A stretch of DNA of 64,000 nucleotides from Neodothiora populina (lineage: Eukaryota). Made by a program: the position numbers and the translations under genes. This document shows positions 24,476 to 38,180 of this stretch, piece by piece (positions within the stretch are counted from its first letter, which is position 1; each line of letters starts with the position of its first letter). The notes beneath the pieces were generated by a model. It did not search any database and had not been told where the DNA came from. It saw only the letters and a list, made by a program, of their open reading frames with translations. Where the stretch lies: assembly GCF_041146345.1 (NCBI RefSeq), contig NW_027191405.1:806001-870000 (forward strand), written 5' to 3'.

Positions 24476-27400
24476 ATGGACGAAGTGGAGAACCCAGAAG
24501 TCTCTCCTGCAGGCCAGGAACTGGCAGCAAACCTGGAAACGGCGGCTCCTCTGGACTCTGGCATCGCCAAACCCGAAGACAGCGACGTCCCAGTGGCCGA
24601 CACGACGGCGGCTGCCTTGACTCTCGATAAGAAGGCGCCTCCACTCCGAGTGGAGGAGCCGTACGATGATGCATGGGACGATCTTCTGCCTCGCGGTCTG
24701 GAGCCAGTCGACCTTCCGGGACTGAAATTCAACTCGGATGACGGAGAATACATTGGCAGACCTCTTCCTCCTCGCCAGGCATCAACAGCTCCTCAGTCTG
24801 CCTCGCAAGCACAACAACAGCAGCAGCAGCAGCAGCAGCAGCAACAGCAAGCACCTCCGCCTCCGCCGCCAAAGCCCAAACGTCCTGGTCTGAAGCGCGA
24901 CGTGTCCTCCACTGGTCCCCCCAAACAGCCTCCTCCTGCAATCCCACAGCTGCCAGAGGCATCGAGAGAAGCCGACTTCGCCCAGGATCAACCCACGTCA
25001 CTCACCGTTGCGCAACTCAAAGAGCTGCGAAGGGGCTTCCCCGATGCCCCTCGTCCTCATGATCGTCAGGAGATGCCCCAGCTGGAGAGAGTGTATGACT
25101 ACGACTACCGAGACACCCAGCCTTTCCCTGTCGAGCTCGAGGAGTGGTTCAGCTATAGCGAGCCTGAGCGCTCACGTCTGCGTCAAATCCATGCCACCTT
25201 CAAGCACGCTTGGTCTCAGCAGGCCACTCCGCCCGACTCGGATCATCCCTTTGATTTCACCGATTCTCCCGAGCTGGGCATGAGCTTCGTCGACCGCTAT
25301 ATCGACCAGCTCAAGATCGGCAGCCCGGCCGAGCAGAACGAAGCCATCCAGGTCCTGTGTTATATCGCCCTGGGAAATTGGGAGGAGACTGCGGGCAAGA
25401 CTGCCGTCGTCGACCCATTCGCTTCCCTCCTCGCTGGCTTGCAGACTCCGGCTACCGACGTCAATTCTTACCAATCTGCCACCTTCCAATTACAATGGAT
25501 TGTCAACACTCTGTGTCTGATTGCTCGCCAAGGTGCCATTCAGGCTGTTCTCGAGAACCTCAAGGCCACTTGTGACCGGGACTTGTACGTATCTCTGTCG
25601 GCTGCGCGTCCGTGCTCTGTTGCTTGATACTGACCTGATCCTCCAGATTAGCTTCGAGCATAGCTGCTGACGTATACCCCGAGAAAGAGGTCAGAGCAGC
25701 CGAGGATAACGTCAGTATCGATCTGTGGTGCTCAATGACACTAATGTACCTGTTTGTCGAGGTCGGAAGACTGTCGGGAGATACCCCCGATGCGCGATTG
25801 CTCTCCCATGAGTTAGGTACGAAGGCTGGGCTCTCACTGTCGGAATGCGCCCTCTCGCTAATAACATAACAGAAATAGTACAGTCGGACTTGCTGCTCGA
25901 ATGCGTCAAAATCATCACACAGATGCGCTGGGACGATAGGGCTCCTGTACCACCAACCAAAGTAGGGCTTTCTTGCTGATATCGCTACTGAAAACTCAAA
26001 ATTGACAAGTCCTCCAGGTCTTCTTGTTGACGTGGAAAAGCATCTTGCTATGCTTCGGCGGTATGGAGGAAGCAGAGCAAGCCAAGGCGTCTTTCCAAGA
26101 GACTCCCGTAGACAAGGACAGACGAGGCGAGCCCATCATCACCGCCTCACCTCTCGACTATCATCTCTTTCGACAGGAGATCTGCTCCAAGTACCCTGCC
26201 TATCAACCACCTCCGACCTTGTTTCCATTTGAACCTGAAAACAACACTGTCTTGCCACCCTTGAGACACAGGCAATCTAAGCTCGACAGCATCGACAGTA
26301 CTGCATCTGAGGGCAAGGGCATGCATGGCTCGTCGTTGATGCACCAACCTGTGCACATAGCTACCCCCGCACCCTCACCACCGCCATCACCAGCCATGGG
26401 TGGCAAAGGCGGCAAGAAACAAAACTACCAGACTAATCAGATGTTTCCCTTCCTCTATCCGCCTTTGGATGCGTCTAGTAACGATTTCGGCGGAAAGGGC
26501 TCCACAGAGCTGCAAGATGCGCTCGCCGGACGCAAGTGGAAAGGCAGTGATATCCCCACCTCGATTCTAGAAGCCGCTGATCTTTTTTCGAAGCGCATGC
26601 GAGCGACGCGAGCTATGAAGCAGCTTTGGGAGACTCGCGTCGATTACATGAAGTTCGAAAGAGGCTGGAAGGCAGGCCAGGACGATTTGGATGTCGACGC
26701 CACCTTCACACTCGACGGGCCGCTGCCCGAGGAGTCCCATGTCCCCTCGTCACCGCAGACTGATGTAGAGAAAAGGCTAGCTTCTGTCGCTGAATTCTAT
26801 GGCGACGCATTGCCCAATCTACAGTCTGTTATCGGTGTTTTGTTACAAAAAGTCCTGGAGTCGTTTGGAGATTCTGGAATGCTTTGCAACGAGCCGCGTT
26901 TCGAGAACGGTAATGGTATCGCGGACAACATTGCCGACAGTACGGAGCAGGTCAACAACACTCGCACGCAGGAGATCATGAACAAGGCAGTTTCTGGCAT
27001 GCTTCTGTTGCTTCTTAAGTGGTTCAGAGTATCTCGTAAGTCTGATTGTTTCGCAGGGAGGGATCGAGAGCTAAACATCTTGCAGATGTACTTCGGTACG
27101 AGTACCTCACGCAACTGCTGCTAGACCACAATTTCGTGCCGCTGTTCATCAAGATCTGGTCCATCACAGACATCAGCAGAGCTTGTCACTTCAAGCTGGA
27201 CAAGGAAGAGCTCAAGTAAGACCGCAAGAACGACGTTCATCCGATGCTCTGACTGACTGAACTCAAGCTTCTTCAATTTCTGTCGTGCGGACTCTCGGAA
27301 CCCTTTGTCTCCTGCACAGTTGCAACAGCAATACCAGGGCGAGGAATCAGAAGACGATGCCATCCCGCCCCCCATCAAACTCCGACGAGACGATATACCT

Positions 27401-28063
27401 GCAGAACTCACTTCTCCGAGCATGCCAACTTACGACCCTCTGCACCCGCCCGAAGTCGATGAACTCGGGTATCCCGTCACGGCCCTTCCAATAGCGCCAA
27501 TCAAGAACTTCTCGGCCCGGAACGTCTTCACATACATCAATCACCTGCGCATCCTACAGAAGATCACACGGCGAAAAGCGCACCGCTCCCTCCTCCTAGT
27601 ATCCCACAAATCCTCCACCATCCTCCGAAAATCCCTTCGCGTCCCTGTCGACATGATGCGCTACTACACGCTCAAACTCTTCAAGTCGCAAGTGCCCTAC
27701 TGCGGCCGCAAATGGCGCCAATCAAACATGAAGATCATCACAGCCGTCTGGCTCAGCGTACCTGCTGAACTCCGCGACGACTGGCTCTCCGGCGGCGGCG
27801 GCGGCATGGGCGGTGCCGGACCAGGCGACGTAGACGGCACAGTCGAGGAAGCGCTCCCGCTTGAACAATCCCTCCGAGCCCTGACGCACTGGTGGAATGT
27901 GCGCACGTATCCTGAGGTTATGGGGGTTGATCGCGTCATGGTCGATGAGGAACAGGACTTTTTCGCAAAAGAGCTAGAGAAGATGGATTTTAATCGCGCG
28001 CACGAGGAGATGCTTGAGGAGAGCCTTATGGATGAGCCGTGGGTGCCGCTCGAGGCTTATTGA
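24476..28063 (+). CDS. FAR11: STRIPAK subunit Far11/HAM-2/PRO22 (N1221 and DUF3402 domains); introns ~25586-25646, ~25817-25872, ~25962-26017, ~27036-27085, ~27216-27267
   Basis: ELEEWFSY, ITASPLDYHLFRQEICSKYPAY, KKQNYQTNQMFPFLYPP, LLLKWFRVSH, YTLKLFKSQVPYCGRKWRQSNM, LRDDWL; all five introns keep the frame. Confidence 0.93.
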
Positions 28064-29635
28064 ATTCGGACTGTTTCGCAGCGCTTGTTGTCGCTGTTGA
28101 TGGCGATGTCACTGCTGTCGCGCTGAGTGTATAGATCACTATTTTGAGTAAAGCAAGCGGGCGTTCTGAGTTCAGTGACTCGCAGATTGCATAGAAGTAT
28201 AGTCATAGCGATCGATAATGATACAATCACCTGCCAGCACATGTGTCCATCTATTGCCCTCGTGGAGAGTAATGCATGGTAGAGTCAGGCAGTTCTTGGA
28301 TGGCCAATATCCTAGCACCGTTCTATAGCATGAAGCGTAAGTAGGTAATCATATACGAGACATAGGACCACTCCAGTAAAGACCGAGACACGATCGGTGA
28401 CACGGATGCATACAGTCATGGTCAATTCGTGATAGCCCTGTCAAGACACAAAACATGAACAGTGATATGCATGTACAGTATTGTAACGATATCCTTAGCA
28501 TGACTGTAGGTTAGAAGTGAGAACAGGGTCGCCCTCCTTGCAACTTCAACTTCAATTACCCATGTTCTTGTGCACCAGCCGCTGAATACTACTGTCCACA
28601 CGTCGACTTTCCAGTACACCCAACACAGTGACATCCTGATTTGGAGATCCAGAAGAATGTCAAGTACTTCCCACAATAAAACATATCACTATCCTGTTCT
28701 TGCACAGTAGAGTGTCAAGTACAGGACGTGGCTTCGCAGGAGGAGCTGTCCAAACGAAGTTTAGCGGCGTCGACTGCGACGGAGCCTCCCGCGGCCAATC
28801 GGTCCAGTCACTCAGCAGTCGTCCTGTCGCGCTGCCGGTCTGTCTCTTGAGCCGCTGCTGCTGCTGCTATCCTCCCCAGATAGAGAGCAAGCAGAATAAA
28901 GCAAGCAAAGCACCAACCAACCCAGGTACTTTAGCCAGCCTACCTTACCTTAGCCAGGGCAGCCAGCCAGCCAGCCAGCGCGACAGTCTATCTGCTTCTG
29001 ACCCCCATTGGAAGTTCATTTACTGATTCACTCATCTTGTGGTCTTTGCTCATTTCTCACAATAACCTTTTACCTTGTGCGAGCTGCTGGGGGCTCTGAT
29101 CAATCTGGATCCGACTTGGGGTTAGTGATTGAGATTGTTGCGCCGGATTCTCGTCGTGGTTGTGGATTCACTTTATATTGCGCTTGAGGGAAGAACCCCG
29201 TCTTCTGGGTGAGTTTTTCTATCGGTTGTTTATTTACTTGGTCATGATGCTTTGTTTCCTCGGTTGGTTGTTTGCTTGCTTGCGAGATGGGCATTTCTGG
29301 TTTTTGGTTTTCTTGCATGTCGTATGTCAATCAATGTCTGTTGTGTTGCTGTTTTGTGAATTGTCTGTGAAGCATGATGAGGGAATGTTGATCTTCCCGC
29401 CTGATTCGCAACTTTGGGTCCTACTCGTATTGATGCGCAGGTGTGGGTTGTTTGTTGTCTAACTTGCTGCTATGGAAGAGCTATAAGACAGATCCCTAAA
29501 CGTTATTTCAACTGGAAGCATGACTGACTAAGACCAGACAGATAAACAGTGATTGGAGACGGACTCAATATGCGCGAATAAAGAAGTCTAGACTTGCGCA
29601 AACATCCTGGATCATCTTCTCGGTACCAGAACAGG

Positions 29636-32464
29636 ATGGATCCAGGCCAGATCATGCGTGACACTAATCATGTCATGGGCGACGGTCTAGACATACTGGT
29701 AAGTACCGAGATGCCCATGAACGGATCCATCGACCCATCAGCCATCTTCAATGATCCGATGGAACAAGACGTCTCTCTGAGTCCGGAGCTTGATCGGCCT
29801 GCTATCCGTGGGAGTATTAGCAAGATCCCCAACGGAAGCAGAGACTCTCACTCGCGATCGCCATCGTATAAGCAGGAGACAAAGTCCACTTGGGCTAGAG
29901 TGCAAAAGTCCGAGATCCTGCCTTATTCTACTTCTGTGACCGGGCTGGTTTATGATGTTCGTATGAGGTTTCATGTAGAGGTAGAACCCAAAAAGGAACA
30001 CGGTGTCCACCCTGAAGACCCTCGCCGCATCTACTCCATATATCAGGAGCTCGTCGAGGCTGGCTTGGTCGACGATCCGGATTCGCCTGGTCCAGTCTCG
30101 GATCTTGTCCTGGGACGAATCCCCGCCCGATTTGCCACCAAGGAGGAGATATGTGCCGTGCATACAGAACAACATTTCGAGTGGGTGTGCAGCCTCAAGG
30201 GTCAGTAATAAGCTTTGGCGTATTAGTTCTCTTACTAAAAACGATCTAGACTGGGATAATAACTCACTTTACGATGAAGGAGAGAAGATGGATTCCATCT
30301 ATCTCTCCAGAAACTCACCGATGTGCGCGCGGCTGTCAGCAGGAGGTGCAATCGAGGCGTGTCGCGCCATATGGAATGAGCAGATCAAAAACGTTATTGC
30401 TGTGATCCGACCGCCTGGTCACCACGCCGAGCACGATACCCCGAAAGGATTCTGCTTCTTCAACAACGTTCCCATTGCAGCACGAGCGTGTCAAAAGGAG
30501 TTCCCGGACAAGTGTCGCAAAGTCATGATTCTCGACTGGGATGTCCATCATGGCAACGGTGTACAAGAAGCCTTCTACGATGATCCGAACGTCCTCTATA
30601 TTTCTTTGCATGTTCACAAGGATGGTTACTTTTATCCGGCAGGAGACTATGGAGATCATCTCCACTGCGGCGAAGGCAAAGGTCTTGGTCGTAACGTCAA
30701 TATCCCCTGGAAGACTGCAGGTATGACAGATGGTGACTATCTCTATGCCTTTCAGCAAATAGTCATGCCAATTGCCCAAGACTTCGACCCGGATATGGTC
30801 ATTGTCTCAGCAGGCTTTGACGCAGCAGAAGGTGATATGTTGGGTCTCTGTCATGTGTCGCCTGCAGGATACGCGCATATGACTCACATGCTGATGTCTC
30901 TCGCCGATGGCAAGGTCGCCGTATGTCTAGAGGGTGGATACAACCTCCGCTCGATTGCAGTGTCAGCACTGGCAGTCACCCGTACACTAATGGGAGAGCC
31001 CCCAGAGCGACTGATCAGTAACGAGCCCTCGCCAACAGGTGTAGACACGGTTGAGCTGGTCAAGAGAACGCAGTCGAAGTTTTGGCCATGCCTGTACCCC
31101 AGGAACCCATCTGATCGCTTCAAGACGCTGAAAGCAGCACGCATGCATGACATAATTCGAGAGTGGCAGACGAAGAAGCTGTTCGAGGACTTTGACATGA
31201 CTTCGTTGTTCATTGCTAGAAACAAGATCTCGAAATCTTTTGAAGGGCAAGTGCTCGCCACACCAAATTACACGGAAGACCGTCCGTTACTCTTGATCTT
31301 TCATGATCCTCCAGAGATGAGTGGCGAGGCAGATCCCAGGACTTCGAAGATGGAGTTGCATAATTCATACGTGGTAATGCTTCCTGGATGCAATGGTTGA
31401 ACAGAGTAATCGTGCTAATCATGTCATTACAGGTCGACGGCTTGAGGGACTACATTGCTTGGGCGGTCAAAGAAGAATTCAGCGTGATCGACGTCAATAT
31501 ACCCAAACACAACACCAGTGCTGGAGTAAGTAGTCACACCAAAGTGCTTCATTCCGTTGTCAATCTAATGGTTTTTGCAGGATGACTTTGAGATGAAGGA
31601 TGAAGACGCCCACGCTACTAGAGTACAAGAAGCCTTTGAACTTGCCAATTACATCTGGGAGAACTACGTAGAGTGTGTATCTGCCCAACCAATGCGAAAT
31701 TATTTGTACTAATGTCCATATAGAGTCTACGACAGGCCGCAGATATTCATCATGGGCGTAGGAGCAGCGTATGCTAGCATCGTACAGATGCTCAAATCTC
31801 ATGGTATTGTTTCCATGTCATTCCCTTTCCGACAGGTACAGCAGACTAACGTCGCCAACCAGATCGATTCCGAGACCAGATTGGTGAAGATGGCAAGATA
31901 TACTCGTTCATCTCGGACAACGACGCCTTACACGCATACAAAAGCTTGACAGAAGACTACCTAGCCGAGCGATGGTACCGAAATTCCACACTGATATTCG
32001 TCGCCGATAAGCACAACATCTGGGTGCGAGCAAAGACGAAATCACCATCGAAGCGATGGGGCACTCTGATCAAAAGCGACGAGAACCATCTTGAGGACAT
32101 GCTCGCACTGCACAAAGACCAAGTTCTCACCGAAATGATGGAGTTGTCCGAGGAGTGGCGATCCTCTGCTGCTGCGGCGAGCGGTGAATCCAGTTCGTCT
32201 GCCGAGGACGAGTTGGCGATGCAGACCGATCACAGAGCGCTGGGTGCTGCCACCATGGCTGTGCCCACACCAAGATCAGTACCGGCACTTCCTAATCCAG
32301 CAGTGACTAGCGCACCCTATGGTATAGACAGCAATGGTAACAACAACGATATCAGAGCGTCCACGCCGCCGATGCCTAGGAGTCCAGGAAGACTCCCTCC
32401 CCTGGGTAACTTCGCTCTGACGTCCCCGATAAGGACCAAGCCCGCCAGCCCTGCTAAGCAATAG
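29636..32464 (+). CDS. HDA1: Class II histone deacetylase Hda1/Clr3 with Arb2-like C-terminal domain; introns ~30201-30249, ~31374-31432, ~31526-31580, ~31673-31723, ~31804-31862
   Basis: HPEDPRRI, RPPGHHAE, GFCFFNNV, DWDVHHGNG, SAGFDAA, LEGGYN, FHDPP. Confidence 0.95.
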
Positions 32465-32669
32465 AATCGTAACAGCAGAGCCAGCACTAAGCGAGGCAGA
32501 AATGATCTCGATAGGGCTCGTAGGGCGTAAGAGTCGTCGTTTCCGTTGTTGTACGAAGTACAATTTCAATCAAACAGCGCTCTTGGCCGCCCGTACGTTG
32601 CATTTGCAGCCATTAGTGGTTGACGTGGAAGGAACAGACATGAGAGGGTGGGAAGTGTGAAGCCAAAGA

Positions 32670-34420
32670 CCATGCCGGACGGACAGACAGACGGAACAAC
32701 TAATCTGAGGAAGGAGGCAAGACGAGACGAGACGGGCTTACGGGTAGCCTCTCGAATCAATGCTAGCGGGAGCAAGAGCAACAAATTCAGCGACACGCAA
32801 GTGGCAGAACCCCATCATTCAAGGATATCCGTTCCGAGAAGACTGAGCCAGATAGACAGACAAGTCAAGAAGTGATATCCACTCGCATAGTCCAAGACAT
32901 CCCCCCCTCGAGTCATGTCACAACTACAAAAAGAACATTACTGAGCATCAAGACCAGCAACTGAGTCAAGCGATAGAGTAAATGCGTGATCTGACCCCAT
33001 TGCACTCCACACTCCCTCCCCACACTATACCATACCATACCATAGCATACCACATCGCGCCGCACTGCACCGCATTTGCATTACATCAGCACCCCCAAAA
33101 CCCGCGTGTCAAAACGTGTGCACGTAGCATCGCATACCAACCACCGACCTCGTACAGATAGCCGCCGTCAACAACCGACCGACACAACGACAGACAGACC
33201 GACGGACTCGATGCGGGTTCTACTGTATCTGCCTCCGGGCTGTCTAGGTACTTACTTGCATACGGTACTTACTGGCAGGCAGTCTCGGCCTTCATTTTGC
33301 CCGCTGGTCTATAGCAGCCCTATCATGTATGTAATGTAGGCTGTCTGTCTGTCTTTCGGCGTATGTCTGCGATCGCGAGGGGTGATCGGTAGATGATGAT
33401 GATGATGATGATGATGATGAGCTGTTGTGCATAGATGGATGGGGCTTTTTTTTCGTGCCTGATGGTTTATTGTAGGTACGGTAGGGGCTGGGAGGTCGTT
33501 TGTACTACTGTACTGTAGATAGGCCAGCTAGGGTAGTTTGCTTAGCTACCTTACCTTCGGGATTTCTTGGTTTGATGGTCCGTTACTTTCTGAGGCTGTA
33601 GTTTTGGGCTAAGGACTGGTTATTATGTTGCTTGCTTGCTTGTTTACAGACACCGCGTGTGATAAGAGCCTTTTATTTTATTCAGAGTATATGTTGAGAT
33701 AGAAGAGGGAGACATGGACTCCAGCTGATCGTCGTCGTACTACAGTAGACATACTGTACCACTGCTGAGCCTACAAAGCACTAAGCTTATCCTGACCTTC
33801 CATCTAATTCTCGACATCTGCGTGCACGTAAGCAGCATGATCATCGCTGGCCAAGCAACGAAATAGGGAAGAACCAGAACAGAAAGGAGGAATCAGGCGG
33901 CTGAGGTGACCCAAAGTATGGTACGGTATAATGGCAGTACGGTACGGTAACATGACTGCAGGTGCCTCCGCTTCTTTTCTTTCTCGTCGTCTCCATCGTC
34001 TCGTCTTCTCTTTTCTGCAGATCTATCTACCCACCATCAATCCCAGACGCTCGCACGCACGAGCCCCCAACCCAGCCTTCCGCGATGATGACTAGCCCAC
34101 AAACATGACATGCACTGAACAGCCCCGCTACAGTGGTTTGACATATGTCAAGAACTCCGAAAGGGCAAATGGGAGAAGAACAAACTGGGCCTTTCTTGGA
34201 AAGAACAAGACGAGACGAGACAAGACAGATGAGCAGACAGCCTGCGCAATCCACACTTTCCAGCCTTGTTTTTTTCTTCTCTCTACTTGTCGATATTAAT
34301 GTTTCAGTTCGGGAGTTCTTCTCATTTGATGCGTTGCTGCTGCTGCTACTACTGCTGCTGTTATGATGTACGTACAAAATACATGTATGCGTGGGTGTGT
34401 GTGTGTGTGTCTTGTATTCA
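32670..34420. repeat. Microsatellite-rich intergenic tract: (AGAC)n, (GACGA)n, (ATACC)n, (GAT)~9 at 33392-33420, (GCTT)n, (GCT)n, (GT)n
   Basis: Simple repeats are directly visible and there is no credible ORF. Confidence 0.75.
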
Positions 34421-35049
34421 CATCATGAGCACGTGCCATGTGCCACCGTAGTGGTGGATGTGGCGATGTGTATACACCGAAAGCAAGGTAAGTACAGTTG
34501 GTCGACAACTGTGAAGATGAGGCGATATTTCGGACTCTTGGAACGAAAGGGTGGAGACGCGACAAAACACATCGAGAGGGTGTGAGGACATGAACGAAAC
34601 GGGAACCAATAGTTTCTCTCTTCTGAGCCAGGTAGGTCAGGATCAGGCCGAGTGGGTAGCATCTGCGACTGCAGCCTACTTACCCTATGCGGACGACAAA
34701 CGTCTATCCGGCAGGCGGCCATGCAGCGGAAGAAGGCAATGTGAGGCGATGTTCGTTCCAGAAGAACAGAAACCCATGCAAAGACGGTCGAGTGGATCTG
34801 TCGTGGTTCGCGGCTGTCAGGCCGATATGGGTAGCACGGCATATGCGTCCGAGGGGCCCGCTATCCTGATATCTTTCTGTCTCCCTGTCATATCTCACCA
34901 TGCTCCGAGTTTCAAGAGCTTATTCAGGATTTGTCTTCCATTTGGCATACTTGCGCCTGAAACCGTCATCGAAGACTGTTACACAGCGCTTACGAACAAG
35001 TGGATACGTATCTCTTTCCATCTGGAGCACGAGAGAGAGTGGACGAGAT

Positions 35050-36463
35050 ATGAGCATACTGCTTCCATCGCTCACACCAACTATGACAGGAGCAATGTCG
35101 TTGACAAGTGTCTTCATTGCCTTGATCCTATGCACCGGCCTCGAAAGCATATCATCCCTGGCAAGCGTCGCTGCAGACACGGTGGCAGCTAGTGCCATAT
35201 ACGACCCCTCTGTCGACTCTCCTTCAGCAGCATCTGTAGCACAGTCGACAACATTAGTGACTTCGTCGACAGCGGCACCGACGACATCCATCACTCCGAC
35301 GGTCTCGTCCTCTGGCTCGCAAGTCTCAAGGCCGTCTTCCACCTCTTCAGGACCAACAATCCACACAATAACAGCGGGAGAAGGCTTCAATCAGTTCGTG
35401 CCGAATAACATCACCGCCAATGTCGGCGATATCGTCAAGTTCATCTTCTACCCTCTCAATCACTCTGTTGCTCAAGCCGAGTTCGGGTTCCCGTGCATTC
35501 CGCGGTCCATGATGAATGCCTCTGTCAAGACGTCGTTTTTCTCTGGATCGTATGTCGTCCCGAAGATTGTTGAAGACGTAAGTCTCGAGCTTCTTTCTTT
35601 GACTTCCATTAAGACAGGAAAGGGACAAGAACAACATAGAGTAACATTGAAGATCAGCTGCCGACCTGGAACCTCACGGTAAACGACGCAGACCCAATAT
35701 TCTTCTACTGCACTGCACCCGGCGGATGTCTCGACTACGAAATGATAGGTAGTATAAACCAAACCCCACATCAATCCCTTGCATCTCAACTCAAGAGAAT
35801 CAAAGAGGTAGGGGTGATGCTGGAACCCGGCGAGCAGTGGCAGTCAGAAGGCCAGGGTGCCTCGGTCTCCTCGGCGATTGCTTCCGCTACCGCTGGTGCA
35901 AGTGGCGGCACCGCAACATCTGCCAGCTCCACCCAAAAAGGCAGCAGTCAAAGTGGAGGACTGGCCACAGGTACCATAGCTGGTATCTGTAGTGCTGGAG
36001 GTGTCGTGATACTGCTTTTCTATGCGTTGATGTGGTTCTGGAGTCGGAACAAGACGTTGAGAGAGACAGTCGACCTGGTGCGGGAACGAGATGGTAATCT
36101 GTCGCAGATGCAGTCGGCAGGGTTGATGGCGCCTTTCGGCCCCCCGGACTCCTTTGGTGGACAGGAGAAGAACCCCGCCCCAAATTCTGTTTTCAGCTCC
36201 ATGCAAGAATTGCATAGTCCTTGGCTGAAGCCTGTTGTTGAACTGGATGCCACAGCGACAAAACATGAGAAGTGGGCATATGCCTTCGATCGACTTGATA
36301 CTTCCTATATCTGATATACTTACTGACATGTACATCCAGAGACTCGGCCACAATCTCGGTCCCTGAAGTTGCAGGCAGTGATTGCGCCCGGGCTGAGCTA
36401 GGAACATCTTATTCAGAAACGAGTCCAATTCTCTGTACTGGAAAAGGCAAAACAAAATCCTGA
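35050..36463 (+). CDS. Ser/Thr-rich extracellular cupredoxin-like single-pass membrane protein; introns 35578-35657 and probably 36272-36339; start may be 35050, 35083 or 35095
   Basis: Signal-like SLTSVFIALILCTG; S/T-rich stalk; FVPNNITANVGDIVKFIFYPLNHSVAQAEFGFPC; spliced WNLTVNDADPIFFYCTAPGGCLDYEMIGSIN; TM segment GTIAGICSAGGVVILLFYALMWFW followed by SRNK. Confidence 0.8.
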
Positions 36464-36936
36464 TCCAGTTGTTGTAGGAATTGCGCAGAATAGTTCGCGT
36501 CGAGAATGGGCGGTCATCTGTATAAGGAAAGACTGAAAGCGGAACACTTATCTAACGCCATTCGTCTCAAATGCACATGATTTACCTCTATGATAATAGC
36601 ATAATGCTAGCCAATTTGATGACGTCTCATGTCTGTCTGCAATGAAGAAGGTCAACAAAAGTCATCGACAGAGCCGAACGAGCATTGTAAGGTGTCTGAC
36701 TAGAAATGACAGGATGGTCTTCTGACGGACTCAGGGGTAAAGATGCAGTGGACAAAGTCTCGAGGATGATTGGAATCTGACGAATCACTTAAGAAACCTG
36801 TGATGATTATATATGCCTGCCATAGTGTTGCCAGTAGTATCTGGAAAGTTGAAGAAACGACTCTCTCCCTGAGACACAACATGTTGTGAGTCTTCTTGTC
36901 TGCAATTAAGTGTGGCAGGGAGTGCAGTGATGACGA

Positions 36937-38180
36937 CTAGAATGTTCCCAGCGCCAAATCACTTTCAGTCAGTGGAAAGAGCAGAGCCTTGAATGCATAG
37001 GCGCCGACGCAGAGCAGGACGTAATAGACGACCGTCCACTCGATACCCAGATCATGCTCTTCTGATTCGGGGTGAATCTCGTTCGCGACGTCCTGCATAG
37101 CAGCACTCACAGGCGCCTCTGCATTAGTCGCCTTGCCCAAACCTTTACCAACGCGTCCAAGGAAACGTGGGAGGCCCATGCAGTTACAGAATGCGTGAGC
37201 AACGAAACAGCTCCATACGTTTCCGGTCCGCAGGTATACAAATGCCTCAAAGAAACCAAAAAGGGATGTATACATGAACATGACCAATGATCGAACCACA
37301 CCTGGGATCAGGACTGACGGCGTCGATGCGGTCTCCAAGTAAGTCGCGTCCGGTCTTTGTTTTGACACGATGAATTCGTGAAGGTGGTGCAAATGCGCTA
37401 AGCCGAAAATGAGAGGAGAGACAAATGTTATGTAAATAGGGGAAGACTGAGAGGCTCTACCGTTAGTGGATCTCGCGGGACAGGGAAAGTGATTAAACGG
37501 TTTTGCTCACCCCAGCGAGTTGAAAGAGCGATATAGCCAAGCTTCTGAAGACGAGCTCTTCGCTGGCAGGCCCGAGTAATATGTTGCGCCAACCTTGCCA
37601 GTCATCGTATATTGTCTCTTTGATATATCTCCACTGATACCAATATCTCCATTGGCTCTCGGCAATGCCGACCTCGAATAGAGGACCAACAAAGAGGACT
37701 GCGACTAGCAGGAGACATTTCGCAACATCCACAAGATGGATTGGGTAAATGCCTAGCATCCGCAAGACATCATATGCAGTAGCACCACTACTGCCGACGA
37801 GAACAAGAACGTTGATCGCAGTACATAGTAGACATGTCAGACCAACAGCACGGATACGTGCTTTGATCACAGCAGGGTTGTTTCGGTTCGACAGGGATGT
37901 GCTCCTCAGAGTCGGGGATATGTAGAATGGGGCAATATAGAAGACCGTGTAGAGGACAGTAAGGCCCGCTGCTGCCGAGACTGGTATTCTTGAACCGCCA
38001 TGGAGTGCTGTAATCGATAGCGATTAGTCTATGCCAGGCAAGTCAACGTCGAGAAGACCATCTGAGATCCTATCGATATCCTGGCGGTTCTTCGAGATAT
38101 GAGATTAGATACTTACCAGACGATGTGAGTTGGGGGAATGACGATGAACGCTCCTCCCCTTTCTGCGCCAGACTTGCCAT
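36937..38180 (-). CDS. RCE1: CAAX prenyl protease 2 (Rce1); introns 38008-38116, 37447-37510
   Basis: GPASEELVFRS, FGLAHLHH, YTSLFG, RTGNVW, AHAFCNCMGLP catalytic motifs. Confidence 0.92.

Noticed and set aside
13443..32464. SET2, Es2 and HDA1 proximity as a 'chromatin gene cluster'
   Set aside because: They are interspersed with unrelated housekeeping genes; the proximity is compatible with chance.
34551..35192. 213-aa ORF overlapping the start of the cupredoxin-like gene
   Set aside because: No motif or coding-like composition; probably a chance ORF, though an overlapping uORF cannot be excluded.
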